In this document: one piece after another, positions 12,181 through 24,348 of the stretch
Layout: every line of letters starts with the position of its first letter
Position numbering within the stretch: position 1 is the stretch's first letter
NCBI GenBank assembly: GCA_000320545.1
Contig: ADNK01001776.1
Coordinates: 1 to 34,144 of the forward strand
From: Bigelowiella natans CCMP2755
Taxonomy: Eukaryota; Protista; Cercozoa
DNA length: 34,144 bases
Reading direction: 5' to 3'
The notes under the pieces: generated by a model
What the model saw: the letters and a program-made list of their open reading frames with translations, nothing else
Told to the model about the DNA's origin: nothing
Database searches by the model: none
Made by a program: the position numbers and the translations under genes

Positions 12181-13780
12181 GGGTTATTATTTCCTCTGTT
12201 GCTTGGCTACTCGCTTTCATTTCGCCGGAGTCGTCGTAGTCTCTTTTTCGCTTCTTGTTCTTCATTTTGAGTGGTCCTTTCGGCGAGATATGAATGACAT
12301 CTTTTGTCATCATCAGTGTCTCTGCCTCAATCTCCATCTTTTTCGACTTCGACTCCAACGTCATCTTCTCCCCCCTTGTCGTTGCGCCCATGTCCTTCTT
12401 CTTTCCCACTAGCAAGCTGGCTTGCCAGAGGATGGAGTGTTGTCGGTCGCCGAGAGGGGCCTGCTTCCGTGCCCCACCGGAAACATAAGGATCAGCGCCG
12501 CTGTCCTTTTTCTTTTTGTACTCTGCTTTAACCTCCTCCCACGTTACATCTTTCCGCTCCCGCAAGAACGTTGGAAAGCGTGGCTTCCCGTCCCTTGTGG
12601 TTTCTTGGAATTTAAATGTGATGACACTTCCGATTTTGGGTGGCGAGCGACGTTGGGCATCCGTGAAGCCGCTTCCTACTTTCATGCTTGTCCCGTTGGG
12701 AAGTTCACAGACTAAAGCGCCCATCACGAATGCGTTTTTCCCCGTACCCTTATTCTTGCCAACGACACGAGCCTCCTCGTCGAAGAACGTCTTCACCTTC
12801 AACAGCGTCTTGCTACGGCACCGTTCGTACTTCGACTTAGGTTGACGCAGCATTAGCCCCTCTCCACCTTTCCGCTCAATGATTTCGAGAGACTTGTTGA
12901 GGTGCTGGGTGCCCTTGCACTTAAGGAAGGGGACGGTTATTAGGTTCTCGAATCCTGCTTTCTCTACGGCCGCATTCATGGCTTTTAATCGGGTCTCGAA
13001 TGGGCCCTTCACTCCAGGAGCGTCAAACACCATAAACTTTACTTTCTTCCAGCCTTCATCTGCTACATGCTTGCGGCAAATCGAGACTGCCTCCTGAAAC
13101 CGTCCCCTCCCGCACCACAGCTCACCGTCAAGGGGGATGTTCGGTAGCTTGGAGGTGAACCAACTCGGGGCATAGAAGCGCATACCGTTTCGAGAGTAAA
13201 ATCGCTGCCCGTCGTAGTAGGCACGTAAACCGTCCAGCTTTTCGGACATAAACCAGCCCTTCGGATCGACAGAGACGCCTTTGGTACCTTTCTTCGCCTC
13301 CCCCTCGCTTGGATTCGCCCATTTGTGGGCTAGCATCACTGCACGAAATCCTTCTCCTCCTCCTCCTCTACCACTGTCTTCTCCATCATAGGATTCAGAT
13401 TCTCCGTCGACAGGGGGGGCCAGTTCTGTTTCAAAGCGGCCACTTTTGCGTTTCATCTGCTCGTCCAGAGTAGGCAACCTCTTTCCCTTACCTTTGCGGG
13501 GGCTACGCCAAGCGGCGCCCCCAGGAACAAGTCTGCTCTCTTTCTCTTCGTTTCCCTTTTTCTTAGATTTGATCAATTTGATTGCTCTCTGACGATTTTG
13601 GTCATCAGTTCGATATTGGATCATCTGCTCTAAGTCCACAGAGTATGTATCGTTGATAGCGAAACGAGTCTCGCCGTTATTCAATTTCGTTTTGATCGCT
13701 GCCTGCTCTTCCTTAGGAAATACAGTCCAGGCTTCTTCTACAGAGTCTGAAAGCGTCAAATCTCTCTTCCATGACCACAT
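12050..13780 (-). CDS. ATP-dependent DNA ligase (minimal kDNA-ligase/LigE-like core) with N-terminal WWE domain and C-terminal RanBP2-type zinc finger; intronless
   Basis: 576-aa ORF. Ligase motifs: I SEKLDGLR, III DGELW, IIIa FMVFD, IV EGLMLR, V LLKVK, OB-fold VGSGFTD, VI PRFP. N-terminal MWSW...AWTVFPKEEQAAI...YSVDLEQMIQY...RQRAIK fits WWE. WTCTSCTFYNPHINRFCGMC fits RanBP2/NZF. Basic KNKKRKR patch. Confidence 0.92.
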   Translation of the reverse strand: MWSWKRDLTLSDSVEEAWTVFPKEEQAAIKTKLNNGETRFAINDTYSVDLEQMIQYRTDDQNRQRAIKLIKSKKKGNEEKESRLVPGGAAWRSPRKGKGKRLPTLDEQMKRKSGRFETELAPPVDGESESYDGEDSGRGGGGEGFRAVMLAHKWANPSEGEAKKGTKGVSVDPKGWFMSEKLDGLRAYYDGQRFYSRNGMRFYAPSWFTSKLPNIPLDGELWCGRGRFQEAVSICRKHVADEGWKKVKFMVFDAPGVKGPFETRLKAMNAAVEKAGFENLITVPFLKCKGTQHLNKSLEIIERKGGEGLMLRQPKSKYERCRSKTLLKVKTFFDEEARVVGKNKGTGKNAFVMGALVCELPNGTSMKVGSGFTDAQRRSPPKIGSVITFKFQETTRDGKPRFPTFLRERKDVTWEEVKAEYKKKKDSGADPYVSGGARKQAPLGDRQHSILWQASLLVGKKKDMGATTRGEKMTLESKSKKMEIEAETLMMTKDVIHISPKGPLKMKNKKRKRDYDDSGEMKASSQATEEIITQKKHASWTCTSCTFYNPHINRFCGMCGQKRLLSVTMITTKMMN

Positions 13781-14330
13781 GATTGGATGTTTGGGTTGTG
13801 GGGAACAACAGCTGGCTGGGTTATGCAGGCAGAGCAGTTGCTGGATTGTGAAAGGAATCTTCCAAGAAAAGAAAACCGGGATTAAACTCTATATGTTACT
13901 GCGACAATAGGCTAATGTTGTCGCAACATAAAACTCTGCATATTTTAATCGATTTCGATGTTTGTCGGAAGTCATTCCCTACAAGTTCTGGCACAGAAGG
14001 CCTTCCGCCTGCGACAAGAAAAAGAAGCAGGCCTTCCCCCCGTTCAGAATCGAACAGGGGAAGAAGTACCGAATTTCACTGTTCGGTAATTCGGAGGCCA
14101 AATCACACAAAATGGGTCCAAGTTCCTGGACTTCCCTTCCAAACGGCCCATTGTTGCTGATGACATGATGTTCGTTCGGAACCTTCATCTCTTTTGCTTT
14201 TCACAGCCGAAAACTTCGAAAGAAGGCGTTTGTGTGGAAGCGAAGGCAGAGTTGGCATAATTGTAAGAGCGACATAGGAAATGTGGATATTTCGATAGAA
14301 ATAACTGGCATTTCCACCCCCGAAATTCAA

Positions 14331-15610
14331 ATGGCGACCCAACGCTCTCTCCGCCGCCTCGCCAGTGCCACAAACGTCCTTTCGTTCTTCCTATCCCGAT
14401 CTGCGCTGCGGGGGGCGCACCGTTCGGGATGTAGATCTCATACAAGACGAGGTGTGGCCACTGCTGCTGCTTCCATGAGCGAAGACGAGCGCTATCTCTT
14501 CGACCTCAATGGTAGGCTACTCCTGACGACGTCATCTCATTGTCTGGATGTACTGTTTCGAGTCTTCCATTCTCTGCGGTTGCTGTTAAATCAAAATCGA
14601 ATTCTGATGTTATATCAGGGTTTTTGGTGCTTCGCGGTGTATTTAGCGAAGAGGAGGTCTCGAAGGCAAATGACGCAATCGATAGGCATCTCGAAGACGT
14701 CATGTAATTGATTCACCAGCACTCATTTGTACGCTGCCAAATTTAAGTTGTAAGGTGGAAGACTGCGCCTTTTTTTAGGACATAGATATACATATTTACG
14801 TGTCCCCTTCCCCTCTGATTTCCTTGCCATCAGAGAACGTCAAGATCCATCATTGAGAAACACGCGAGAAAAAACTCCGTTGGCAGGCGATGGGGTAAAA
14901 CTATGATTCATTTGTAAAAGACGGGGGCGAAATCAGCTTCTATTAAGATTTCAGATTAGGCTTGACATCTTCGATGAGTTTTTTTGGAAAAAGGGAACCA
15001 GAGAGATCCCCACCCACGTTGTCCGCCTTGCTTTCTCGTATTGTCTTGTGCTGAGTTAATGTACTACGACGGTGTAGGAAACAGGCCGAATGGATCTCGG
15101 GGGAATGCTCGGATGTAGGAGTTCTTAACACTACATTTTTAAACAATGACAATGCACATATCATCAAAAGCGGCCGCGCTTATTTTGAATTAAACCAAAT
15201 ATTAGACCAAATATTTGCTTCATCTTCAGGGGAACAGCCGTATTGTGATCCGTTTCGAAAGATGCTTGCTGACCCACGCCTTGTAATACAACCAGCAATA
15301 TAATAAGCATAGTAGTAGGAATGAAGCAAGAAATGCACAATCGAGCCGCAAATAGCAACCTGCAGAGACTTGACAGGTCTCCTGAGCGACAGTGGGAAAA
15401 TCGATTTTCAGCTCGCCATTTTGATGGTCTTCCGACCGTTCTCGGCCATAGGAAAATATGATCCATACGAAACCATCTTGAAGATTGAAAGGAAGTGATG
15501 CGCATTTTTTCTTTCCCGGAATGTCATGGTTTTTTTCTAGGCGCCCTACTACAACAGCTTGGTGGGGACCGGATACCGTCTCGACCACCAGCCGCTTGTC
15601 ATCCTCCAGG

Positions 15611-15647
<37 letters not shown>

Positions 15648-15833
15648 ACTCTTTTGTTTGCAACGCACAACCTGCAGTCATCTATCTAGGTGGTAGTAGT
15701 ATATGCTGCCAATTATGCTGCTGTCTGTCATCGTTTTATACACATTCTCCATTACCACCGCGTTGCTGCTGAAGATACGCATACATGCACACAGGAAAAG
15801 GGATCGGAAGGCTTCTGTATGCATGGAGGTGTG

Positions 15834-15864
<31 letters not shown>

Positions 15865-16037
15865 AGCAATAGATAGGGATGGGGTGAAAAAGGGCAGGAT
15901 GGTTGAGTTTGATAGCAGCGGTTCATGTTACCAAACCCCTTACAAAAAACGCACGATGTGTACAAACACCATTCCTCCCCCGCCTACAACTATTTTTCAA
16001 TCGTGTTGCTGAACTGGCAAAATCACATCATAAACCA

Positions 16038-16077
<40 letters not shown>

Positions 16078-16968
16078 GCACGCACACATACGCACTGGAT
16101 GATAACCGCAGCGTTGTGTTGGGTTTCGATGTGCTAAATCGCAGGAACGATCGACTGCTCAAGCGGCAAGTACAACCAGCATCTTGCTTACGGATGCCAC
16201 AACGGGTACGATGAGCGGAGGGATCTCTGTCATTATTCTGCTGCTCGCATTGCTCTTTCCTCCTCACTGTTCTAATACGGCTGCTACGTGTCTAAATCGG
16301 CGTCTAGAATGCTAACGAACTCGCTCCTTGGGGTATCTCTTCAGGTACTACTACTACTACTACTACTATTAACTATTACTACTACCACTTACCACCCTAC
16401 ACGATTCAAGATTTCCAGCGTGGGAATATGCATGCGGTGGGTTTCATCATCACTGTTTGTCCTGTGTGCTGCTGCTGCATCATCGTCGTGTCCAATCACA
16501 GAAGTAGGATACGCTACCGCTAAGCTTGATTCCCTCCTCCTCATCGTCGTGCCGTGTTGCTTGTGTATTGTGAAATGTTCAGCTGAGCGACCATAACGAG
16601 GGAGACGGAGGCTTCATGATCGTCAGAGGAAGCCACAAAGTAGAAGGGGCTGAGGAGGGGAGAAGGGGGGGGGGGGGGGGGGGGGGGTGAAAAAAAAAAA
16701 AAAAAACCCCCCACTCTCCAAGGGGCAAAAGGCCCAAAACCCTCTCCCCCCCCCCCCCCCCCCCCTGTGTTACTATCCAAACCCCAGTCGAACTTCCGCA
16801 TGCCACAAGGGATGATCGATGGCGAGAGCTACGTGGAGCACATACACCAGCCTGTCACGAAGAAAGGTATGCGAACAAGGGGCAGGAAATGATATGGGAA
16901 GGGGGGAGGGGGGGAAAGAGCTTTTGGCCTTCGTGCCTTCCTGACTTCGAGAGTTCTTGATTGATGTT

Positions 16969-17005
<37 letters not shown>

Positions 17006-17361
17006 CATACCTACACTCTAAATCGCCCAGTACATGGCAAGTAGTTGGACTTATGCATGATGGCGTTTGTGAATAGGTGACGTTGTCATCTTCAGTGAAG
17101 GAACCGTCCATGGAGCAAAAGCATGGTAGTAGTGGTGGTAGTAGTAGTAGTAGTAGTAGCAGCAGCAGCAGTAGCAGTAGTTAGCAGCACTAGTAGGAGT
17201 CAGTATGTGTTGTAGTTGCGGCTATAGTTTTAAGTCGTATTAGTACACCATCTACACAGTCTTTTAAAACCCCCCAAAGTGTGTTTCGAGCGGTGGGATT
17301 CTAATGATGTTCAGCACTCCGTGCGTGTACATTTGTTCTCCGCCCACGACCCCTTCCAATG

Positions 17362-17407
<46 letters not shown>

Positions 17408-17636
17408 CAGGCGAGCGGACCATCAAAGGCGCATTGCTCTCTTCCGTTTCGCCCCCCCCACGATGGCTTATGGAAGGTTGTGTCTGATGAGGAACGAGTG
17501 CCTGACTCGTTTTTTGCTGAATTGCTTTCATTTGCCTCGGGGGCTCAAAGAAGACAGGATGTGTCACCAAGAATTCGTTTTTTTTTATAAATTGGAAGAT
17601 GAAACCGTGTAAACACATGAGCGTATTGCACGGATT

Positions 17637-17677
<41 letters not shown>

Positions 17678-18996
17678 TATAATATGTATATACGCGTATA
17701 TGTGTACATCTGCGAGCATCTCGATTCAGCTCAGTCGTCGCGTGTGTATTTTACCTCCTATTGGTCTTATTTTCCCCTCGGAGCGCAGCATCGTTTGAGC
17801 TCTTGCTCTCCTCTCTGTCGTTGAATATCTTTCTTCGTCGACCACTGATTAGCCAACGTTTCTCCTGCTTTCTCTTCTGCTTTCTCATCCTCTTATTCTT
17901 CTTTTCCTTCTTCTTCTTCTTCTTCTTCTTCTTCTTCTTCTTCCTCCCCCTCCTCCCTCATTAGATCCTACTACACAAAGTGGCCTGAAACTGTGCGACC
18001 ATTGCGTTATCACATTTTAGTGAATTATTTATGATATCCAACATCATTTTATTACATATATATATATATATATATATATATTACGTCTTGTGTCTGCGCC
18101 GCCCCCCCCTCCCCCCCCTCCCGTGTGTATACATGAAATGATAGCTGCAGTTGTCGGTAGGTCGACTTCTCCTCTGCTCTCTCTCTCTCTCTCTCTTTCT
18201 CTCTTGTTTTCTCTTGTTCCTCCATTCTCCTCCCTCCTCCTCCTCCTCCTCCTCCTCCTCCTCCTCCTCTTTATTTCCCATCACGATGTTCATTTCCTAA
18301 CGTAGTACTACGAAGGCGCATCAAGCGAGCAAATTGCGGTATATAGAGAGAGGAAGATGTAGAAAGAGGGGGCGGGGCGGGGGGAGAGGGAGAGGAAGAG
18401 ATGACTCAGATGAACAAAACAGAATCTATTAATACAATATAAAACAATAAAAGGTCCTTGAGCCTCCATACAGCACACGTTTGGACCGACCAGTCTTAAA
18501 CGAGCAAGGTACGTGTCAAAAGAGGCGGGGGAGGGGGGTTGAGGATGGTATGCTTTCATTCTTGTTCTTTCATTCTTACAAAAGCGACGGACATCATTTT
18601 GTAAGAGACGATAGTTGCGCCATTCGTCAAAGAGATGCGCCATCCTAAAATCACGAAAGTTCAATTCATGAAACACCAATGCGGAGTTGAGCGCGCGGGA
18701 GATAATCTTCCTCTTCTTTAAATCACCCCCGTTGCTGTTGCGTTGGTACCCCGGCTGAGCAGGCACCATTGAAGTCCTGTCACGCTCCGTGAAGAAGAAA
18801 AGCCACGACGAAAAGGTACGAGATGTGAATTTCCCTGACACATGGCGCTCACGCCCGCGCGCAGTATCGAATTGCATTATCGGTGGAAAATAGCAAGCGT
18901 GTCGCTGCCGTGACATGAGTCCGCCTTCTTGTCGATGGGATGATCGTCGCGAATCGCGTGTGCTGTGATTAGGTATTCGGAACGGACTACTTTTGA
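14331..18996 (+). CDS. PhyH (phytanoyl-CoA dioxygenase)-family Fe(II)/2-oxoglutarate enzyme with probable mitochondrial presequence; 18 exons
   Basis: All 17 introns are GT-AG and in phase. Protein: MATQRSLRRLAS...ERYLFDLNGFLVLRGVFS...YRLDHQP...FCMHGGTID...LSDHNEGDGGFMIVRGSHK...KKGDVVIFSEGTVHGAKAW...RRIALFRF...VFGTDYF*. GSHK and GDVVIF....HG are PhyH hallmarks. Confidence 0.88.
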
Positions 18997-19039
18997 TTGG
19001 TGGCGGTTTTGCCGTGGTTTGTCGTCCGTAGTAAGAGCC

Positions 19040-19615
19040 TACTCTAGCTACTGCTACAAAGCTCTTCCACGCTTGGCCATCCAGGTGGTTTCGAGATGAA
19101 CGTGAGAACGTGAACGATGAAGAAAGCGTTGGCAGTGAACAATGCGCATCGCATGCATGTTCGATCGAGTGGCTTCACGTGATGAATCTGGTTTTGCACG
19201 CCCGAGCAGAAGTACATGCTAGCATGTCTGCGTTGCCCCAGCCTTGTTTGCATGATGGTTCATTATGTTCGTTGCTGTCATCTGCATTTGAGACGTACGT
19301 GCTAGAATGTGCATTAGATCGTGCACATGCCTGATATTCTCGCACGCATACCATGCTTGCTAACTGTCGTTGTGTGCGTCGTGACTACATGGAATGAGAA
19401 AGAACTAATCGCGAGGTTACACAAGCTAGCAATCTGCAGAGCTCATGCGCTACCATCGCGCAGTCTAGCAGTGTGAAACGGAATGACATATGGTTCGTAA
19501 TGTGACAGTAGCGCTGTAGCCGCTGCATTGCACAGCTACATTAGGATGACTATTGAACAAATTTAATTTGATTGATTACCTCCGTCTTACACACATACAT
19601 GCATGCATCTATGAC
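19040..19615. other. Palindrome-dense convergent intergenic tract 4
   Basis: ATGCGCAT at 19142, TCGATCGA at 19161, TCACGTGA at 19175, ACATGCTAGCATGT at 19214-19227, ACGTACGT at 19293. Lies between the PhyH and voltage-sensor 3' ends. Confidence 0.75.
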
Positions 19616-19624
19616 CCATCACAC

Positions 19625-19756
19625 TTAAAAGTCAGATGATGAGCCGGATGCTACTGAGGACTCCTCCGACATCTCACCGCACGCCTCGTCTAGTAAATCG
19701 TCGTTCTGAAACCGGACGGGCACCGTCCCTACCAAAACAAAGTGCGTGTGTGTTTT

Positions 19757-19798
<42 letters not shown>

Positions 19799-21848
19799 CA
19801 TATGTGGATCTGCCGAGAATACTACATAACTTCGGTTTGACAATATGAACAGAAAAGCTGAGAGTATATAAAGCGCCACAAAAGTCAAATCATCACTAGT
19901 TCCCCTCTACCACCCTCGGGAGATGCTTGTGTGAGTGCGCGCGCGCGCATGTGTGTATGTGTTGTGTGTATGTGTGTGTGTGCGTGTGTGTGCATTTGCG
20001 TACACATTTGTACCGAATTCATCAACGCTACTGAAGTCCACCATCTTGTAAGGCTCACTCTTTGCATGGCTGATATCAATAACATCATTTGGAAATAGTG
20101 CATTGTAACCCTCAAAGAAAGCTCAAACAAACAAATCTGCACACACAACCACCCGCTCACCACAATCCACAGCAGTCACATCCAACTCTAGGCTCGTGCG
20201 TAGCTTTGAGGCGGTAATGCCTCTTTGATTCGTAACCCCTTCCCCTCCCCCCCCCTCCCCCAACCCTGCGCCGCCGCAAGATCGCAAGACTCAAGTTTCC
20301 AGGAAGTTTACTTCTTGAGAAACACGCCAAGGCGCAGAAATTGGAACCCGTCGCGCAAAATTCGAATTACAATCGCCCCCTCCTCGGCAGCTGCGGGGAC
20401 ATCGTCAGGGGAGATTGGGGAGGGGGGTGATGAAGATCAGATCAAGAGGAAAACTTATGTATTGGTGTCCCGAAATTTCGTTGATATCAATCTATTTCCC
20501 CCCCCCCCCCCCCTTCCCAGCCTAAGGAACGGCAATGAACGACAAAATAACTACGCTGCATTCGAAGCCATCACCCCCCCCCCCCTTCTTGCCGCACAAA
20601 ACGAGCTAACCTCCGTAATCCAGCGGGTCGGAAACGTACAACAGCTGCGTCGCCACCCCCAGTATCATCACCAGCATGTCAAACACATTCGACCACTTTT
20701 CCAAGAAAGGAGGGGAAAGCAAAACGAGAACCAGCAAAGGCGGCAAGAGGGGTGAAGCAAACGTTTAATAATCAGTGCAACCGGTCACCGTTTCGGGCTG
20801 ATATGTTGTGAAATGCCGATGTATGCACAGCTCAAAACACAGCTTCTCCTCGAAAATCCTCGGCTGAAAAAAAGGCTGCTTGCGTTACCTCGTCCCAGAA
20901 GTTCTGCGGATGGCATTCCAGAGCACCGACAGATACATTCAAGGAATTCGACAAACAAACAAAGGGCCTTATCACGGTGGTGGCAAGTTCATCTCTACGC
21001 AAGAAATCCGTGCCTCAAACAAGGGCTTCATTCAAAGTTTCTCTCTCTTCTCTCTCTCTTCATAAAAACTCTATCTCTTCTTTGTGGAGAAGGGAGTGTC
21101 AACTGTATGTGTGTACGTGTGTGCTGTTTTGTGTGAAACCAGACATCTGGCGAGCCGATGTACCGCACAGCGACTTCCGCGATAAGGATAGCGTTCACCA
21201 GCACCTTTGGAGCGACAGCGGAGCAAAATGAAAAGTTATATCACCTTCTTCCAGATGAAAGTAGCATACCTGCGCGAAGAGGAATATAGTACCCCCATCG
21301 TATCCTCCAGGTAGACTCAGCGTCTGATGGTGATATTCATTTATTTATGATGATAACAGAGGTGACAACGACGATAGGAAAGAGGATGAATGATCAGAGA
21401 CGCCACAGGCTTACGGGACTCGTTGGCCGTAGCATGCAACGTGAATATGTACATCGTATATTCGAGATGCAATGCCGAACACACGAGAATGCAGGAATTG
21501 TTCGATATGAAATTTCCGGGCCAGCAACGCTGCTTCGTTGCTGGCCGCACGCCTCGAAAAATGGCAAAAACGTCTCTCCCTTCGATCGATGCTTGGGGTT
21601 ATCGGAAGAGCTTTCGCGAAGGAAACCCCCTCGAAGAAGCAAAAGTCGCGATGGCGGCGAGGATCGCTCCCGCAGTCGATTTGGGCATGGGGATGGAATG
21701 GGAAAGAAAAGCTATAAGGTAGTCACGTCACCCAGCAAATGAGGACGATGTTTATTAGGATCAAAAGCAGATATACAGAACGGCATTCCGCGGAGAAGTA
21801 CGACTGCTTTAGCCCTCGCGCGAAGTCATCCATCCAGTGCACCGCCAT
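19625..21848 (-). CDS. Stand-alone four-helix voltage-sensor-like (Ion_trans S1-S4) membrane protein; about 9 exons; absent from the ORF track
   Basis: Exons 21848-21732, 21323-21270, 21204-21145, 20903-20889, 20695-20611, 20390-20312, ..., 19728-19625 give MAVHWMDDFARGLKQSYFSAECRSVYLLLILINIVLICWTLSLPGGYDGGTIFLFAQVLVNAILIAEVAVRYIGSPDNFWDEWSNVFDMLVMILGVATQLLYVSDPLDYGAAEEGAIVIRILRDGFQFLRLGVFLK plus an acidic tail. S2 ExxxR, S3 NxFD and S4 Arg motifs are present. One tail junction near 20110-20170 is ambiguous. Confidence 0.85.
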
Positions 21849-22209
21849 CAGGAGGCGTGGATGCAGCCGGGGGGCGGGCTGCGCTGAGCAGCGTTTGTCG
21901 TTTACTGCTCACCCCGCGACCACGGGTTAGTGAGTGTTGCCAAACTTGTTCCCTGTCGTCATATAACATTATGGCTATTTTTTATGCTAGAAACATCTAA
22001 GTAATTTGCAGATACTATTACATAATTCATCCACATATTCGAAGGTGAAAACATCTTATATTTTAGGACCAGAAACTCTGCATAGTTGCGAGGGACGCTC
22101 TCCGAATGTCCAGGTGCTCATCATTGGTTTCGGATTTGATACGGATGAACATCCCAGGGATATAGCCTAAAAAGTGGAATCGAATCGAATGGAACCGAAG
22201 TCATCCGCA

Positions 22210-23119
22210 ATGGCGACTGAAGATGTTAAGGCTGTCTGGCTCGACTGTGATCCCGGTAGTTTGCACAGTGATAGCGCTCTAAGTTGCATACACTAATGCA
22301 GCTGTAAAGTTTTTGAAACCGTTCTTTGTGCCGGGAGGAAGACCCGTGGGGTGGGGGGGGCGGTGGTGCTTTGTAGATTTCTGATCGAGTTTTTCTGTCC
22401 GGCTTGTTGCAGCCTGTTTGGCCTAAGGCGATGGTTTTTGTGTGATAGGACACGACGATGCTTTCGGTAGTATACTCTGGTGCGATATTTAGACCATATC
22501 TGGGAATGCGCACGCCAATGCATGTATATGTAAAGATTTGAAAGTGCTATGTTTAGTTGTTGAAGACACCAAACAAACACTTTACATATTTACAATCGCC
22601 CAGCGATTCTGCTTGCCGCTCACTCCCCCAGTATTAAGCTGCTCGGAATATCGACGGTGAAGTGAATACAACCAGTGCATCGATATTAATCATGATGATG
22701 TTGATGATGACGATGATGCTTTTATGATGGTCAAAATACAATATTCATATTTGCCATTGACATGAGAGTATACACACAAAGCGACCCACCCTTATATCTA
22801 CCCTAATATATCCTCCCCCCCCCCCCCCCGTTCTAATTTTTGACACATATCTCCCAGGTCGCAGGGAACCAGAGCATTGACAAGACCACCTTCAACGCGT
22901 GGAAGATGGCTGCAGTAGCAAATCTGCCGTCCTCCATACCTGTGATTCAGGTAGTAGTATTAGTATTAGTAGTAGTAGTTGTTGTTGTTGTTGCGGTACA
23001 TCGACTTCTGTAGTAGTTTCGGTGCCTTCATGCGTTGTGAGGAGCGAGCGAGATTAGTGAGACATTTAGGCATCTAAGCGAAATCGTTTTGCATCTTTTT
23101 GGCAATAAACACTCAAAAA

Positions 23120-23158
<39 letters not shown>

Positions 23159-23160
23159 TC

Positions 23161-23200
<40 letters not shown>

Positions 23201-24317
23201 GGGACAAGGCAAGCCATTGCTTCGAGAAGGGCGTCATGATCCCGATATCCACGGAGAGTCAGGGCTAGAGGGCAGCTCAGACCTTGGTGATTACTAGTAG
23301 CAGCAGCGAGCACATAATTCCAAACAACAGCATTCACAATCGTAGATTAAGATAATTTCTGATGAAGATACACGCCAACAATCTCGCCCTTGCATTGCCG
23401 CAGGACAGGGAGAAATGATCAGCGTGTGCGCGCCCTCTCATTTTCTCTATTTTCCTCTCCTTCTCTCTCTCTCATTCGGCGTTGTGCATGTACGATCATA
23501 CTCCGCAACTCCTGACATCAGATGCGTTTTCACGCACACTTGAGAACAGCAGTGGGATGGAGGACCAAAAATCGCCCAAGAAGGTTTGTGACAACGAATG
23601 CACTGCCGATTTTCTGTAGAATCCGCACAAACGCAACCGGCCGTTGACCGAATGGTTTATTATCACGCTCTCCTTGCAGCTATGGGCAGAAAGAGTCGTA
23701 GAGCACATCCGCAAGGAGAAAACGAAGGTCGGTGCTGCACAGCATAGACTCTCCTCTCGTTCAACTCACTAGATAGTAACTCGTATCGCTAGCGACGAGA
23801 TCGTAGAAGGCAGCAATGGGGAACGCTCGAAGCACACCGACAATCTGAATCCCCCCCCCCCCAACCCCCTCCTTCGTTTCAGCTCCTTAATTAAATACTG
23901 CTGCTACTATTTTGCTGTTGCTTCTTTCCCCATCGTACTGAAGGTCACCATAGTCGCGACAGGAGGTAGCGGACTTTGTATGGTTAGAACGGGGGGGGGT
24001 GGATGAAAGAGTATTGAAGTATAAGCTGTGCTGTACTCCTTGGGAGAGGGGGGGGGGAGGGTAGGAAGAGGTCGGAGCTTGATGATTTCGGAGAAGTCAC
24101 TCAGACAAATTCACGTAAAAATCAATGGAAGTATACAGGCCATGCGCGTGTGCGCGCCCATACGCCGATCGGCCATTGTGCTGAAGTTTCTACACACATG
24201 CAGCCCTTACAAATGTGGCATTGCTCTTGACGCTTTACCCGAATATCCACTCCAAGATTGAACAGGCAGTACAGCACATATTAAACCATGCGATTGTATT
24301 GAAAAGTAGTCTCAGTG

Positions 24318-24348
<31 letters not shown>

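Noticed and set aside
13900-14330. Short ORFs on both strands between the ligase and PhyH starts
   Set aside because: No motifs. The ligase ORF already begins with a complete WWE-like domain, so this is likely promoter or UTR.
18308-18916. 202-aa minus-strand ORF
   Set aside because: Antisense to PhyH exons 15-17 and their introns, with no recognisable protein features.
20225-21930. Plus-strand ORFs of 60-176 aa, including a frame with in-frame TGA (G*KKGC) that could suggest selenocysteine or recoding
   Set aside because: They are shadows of the minus-strand voltage-sensor gene, which splices cleanly. The plus frames also contain TAG stops and no motifs.
9774-22215. ATGGCG (YY1-like word) at the start of four genes
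   Set aside because: Explained by the ordinary Met-Ala Kozak preference.
24260-24275. Possible GC-AG intron donor (CAG|GCAGT) in the nucleoside hydrolase
   Set aside because: An in-phase GT donor lies 3 nt downstream, so this cannot be decided without cDNA.
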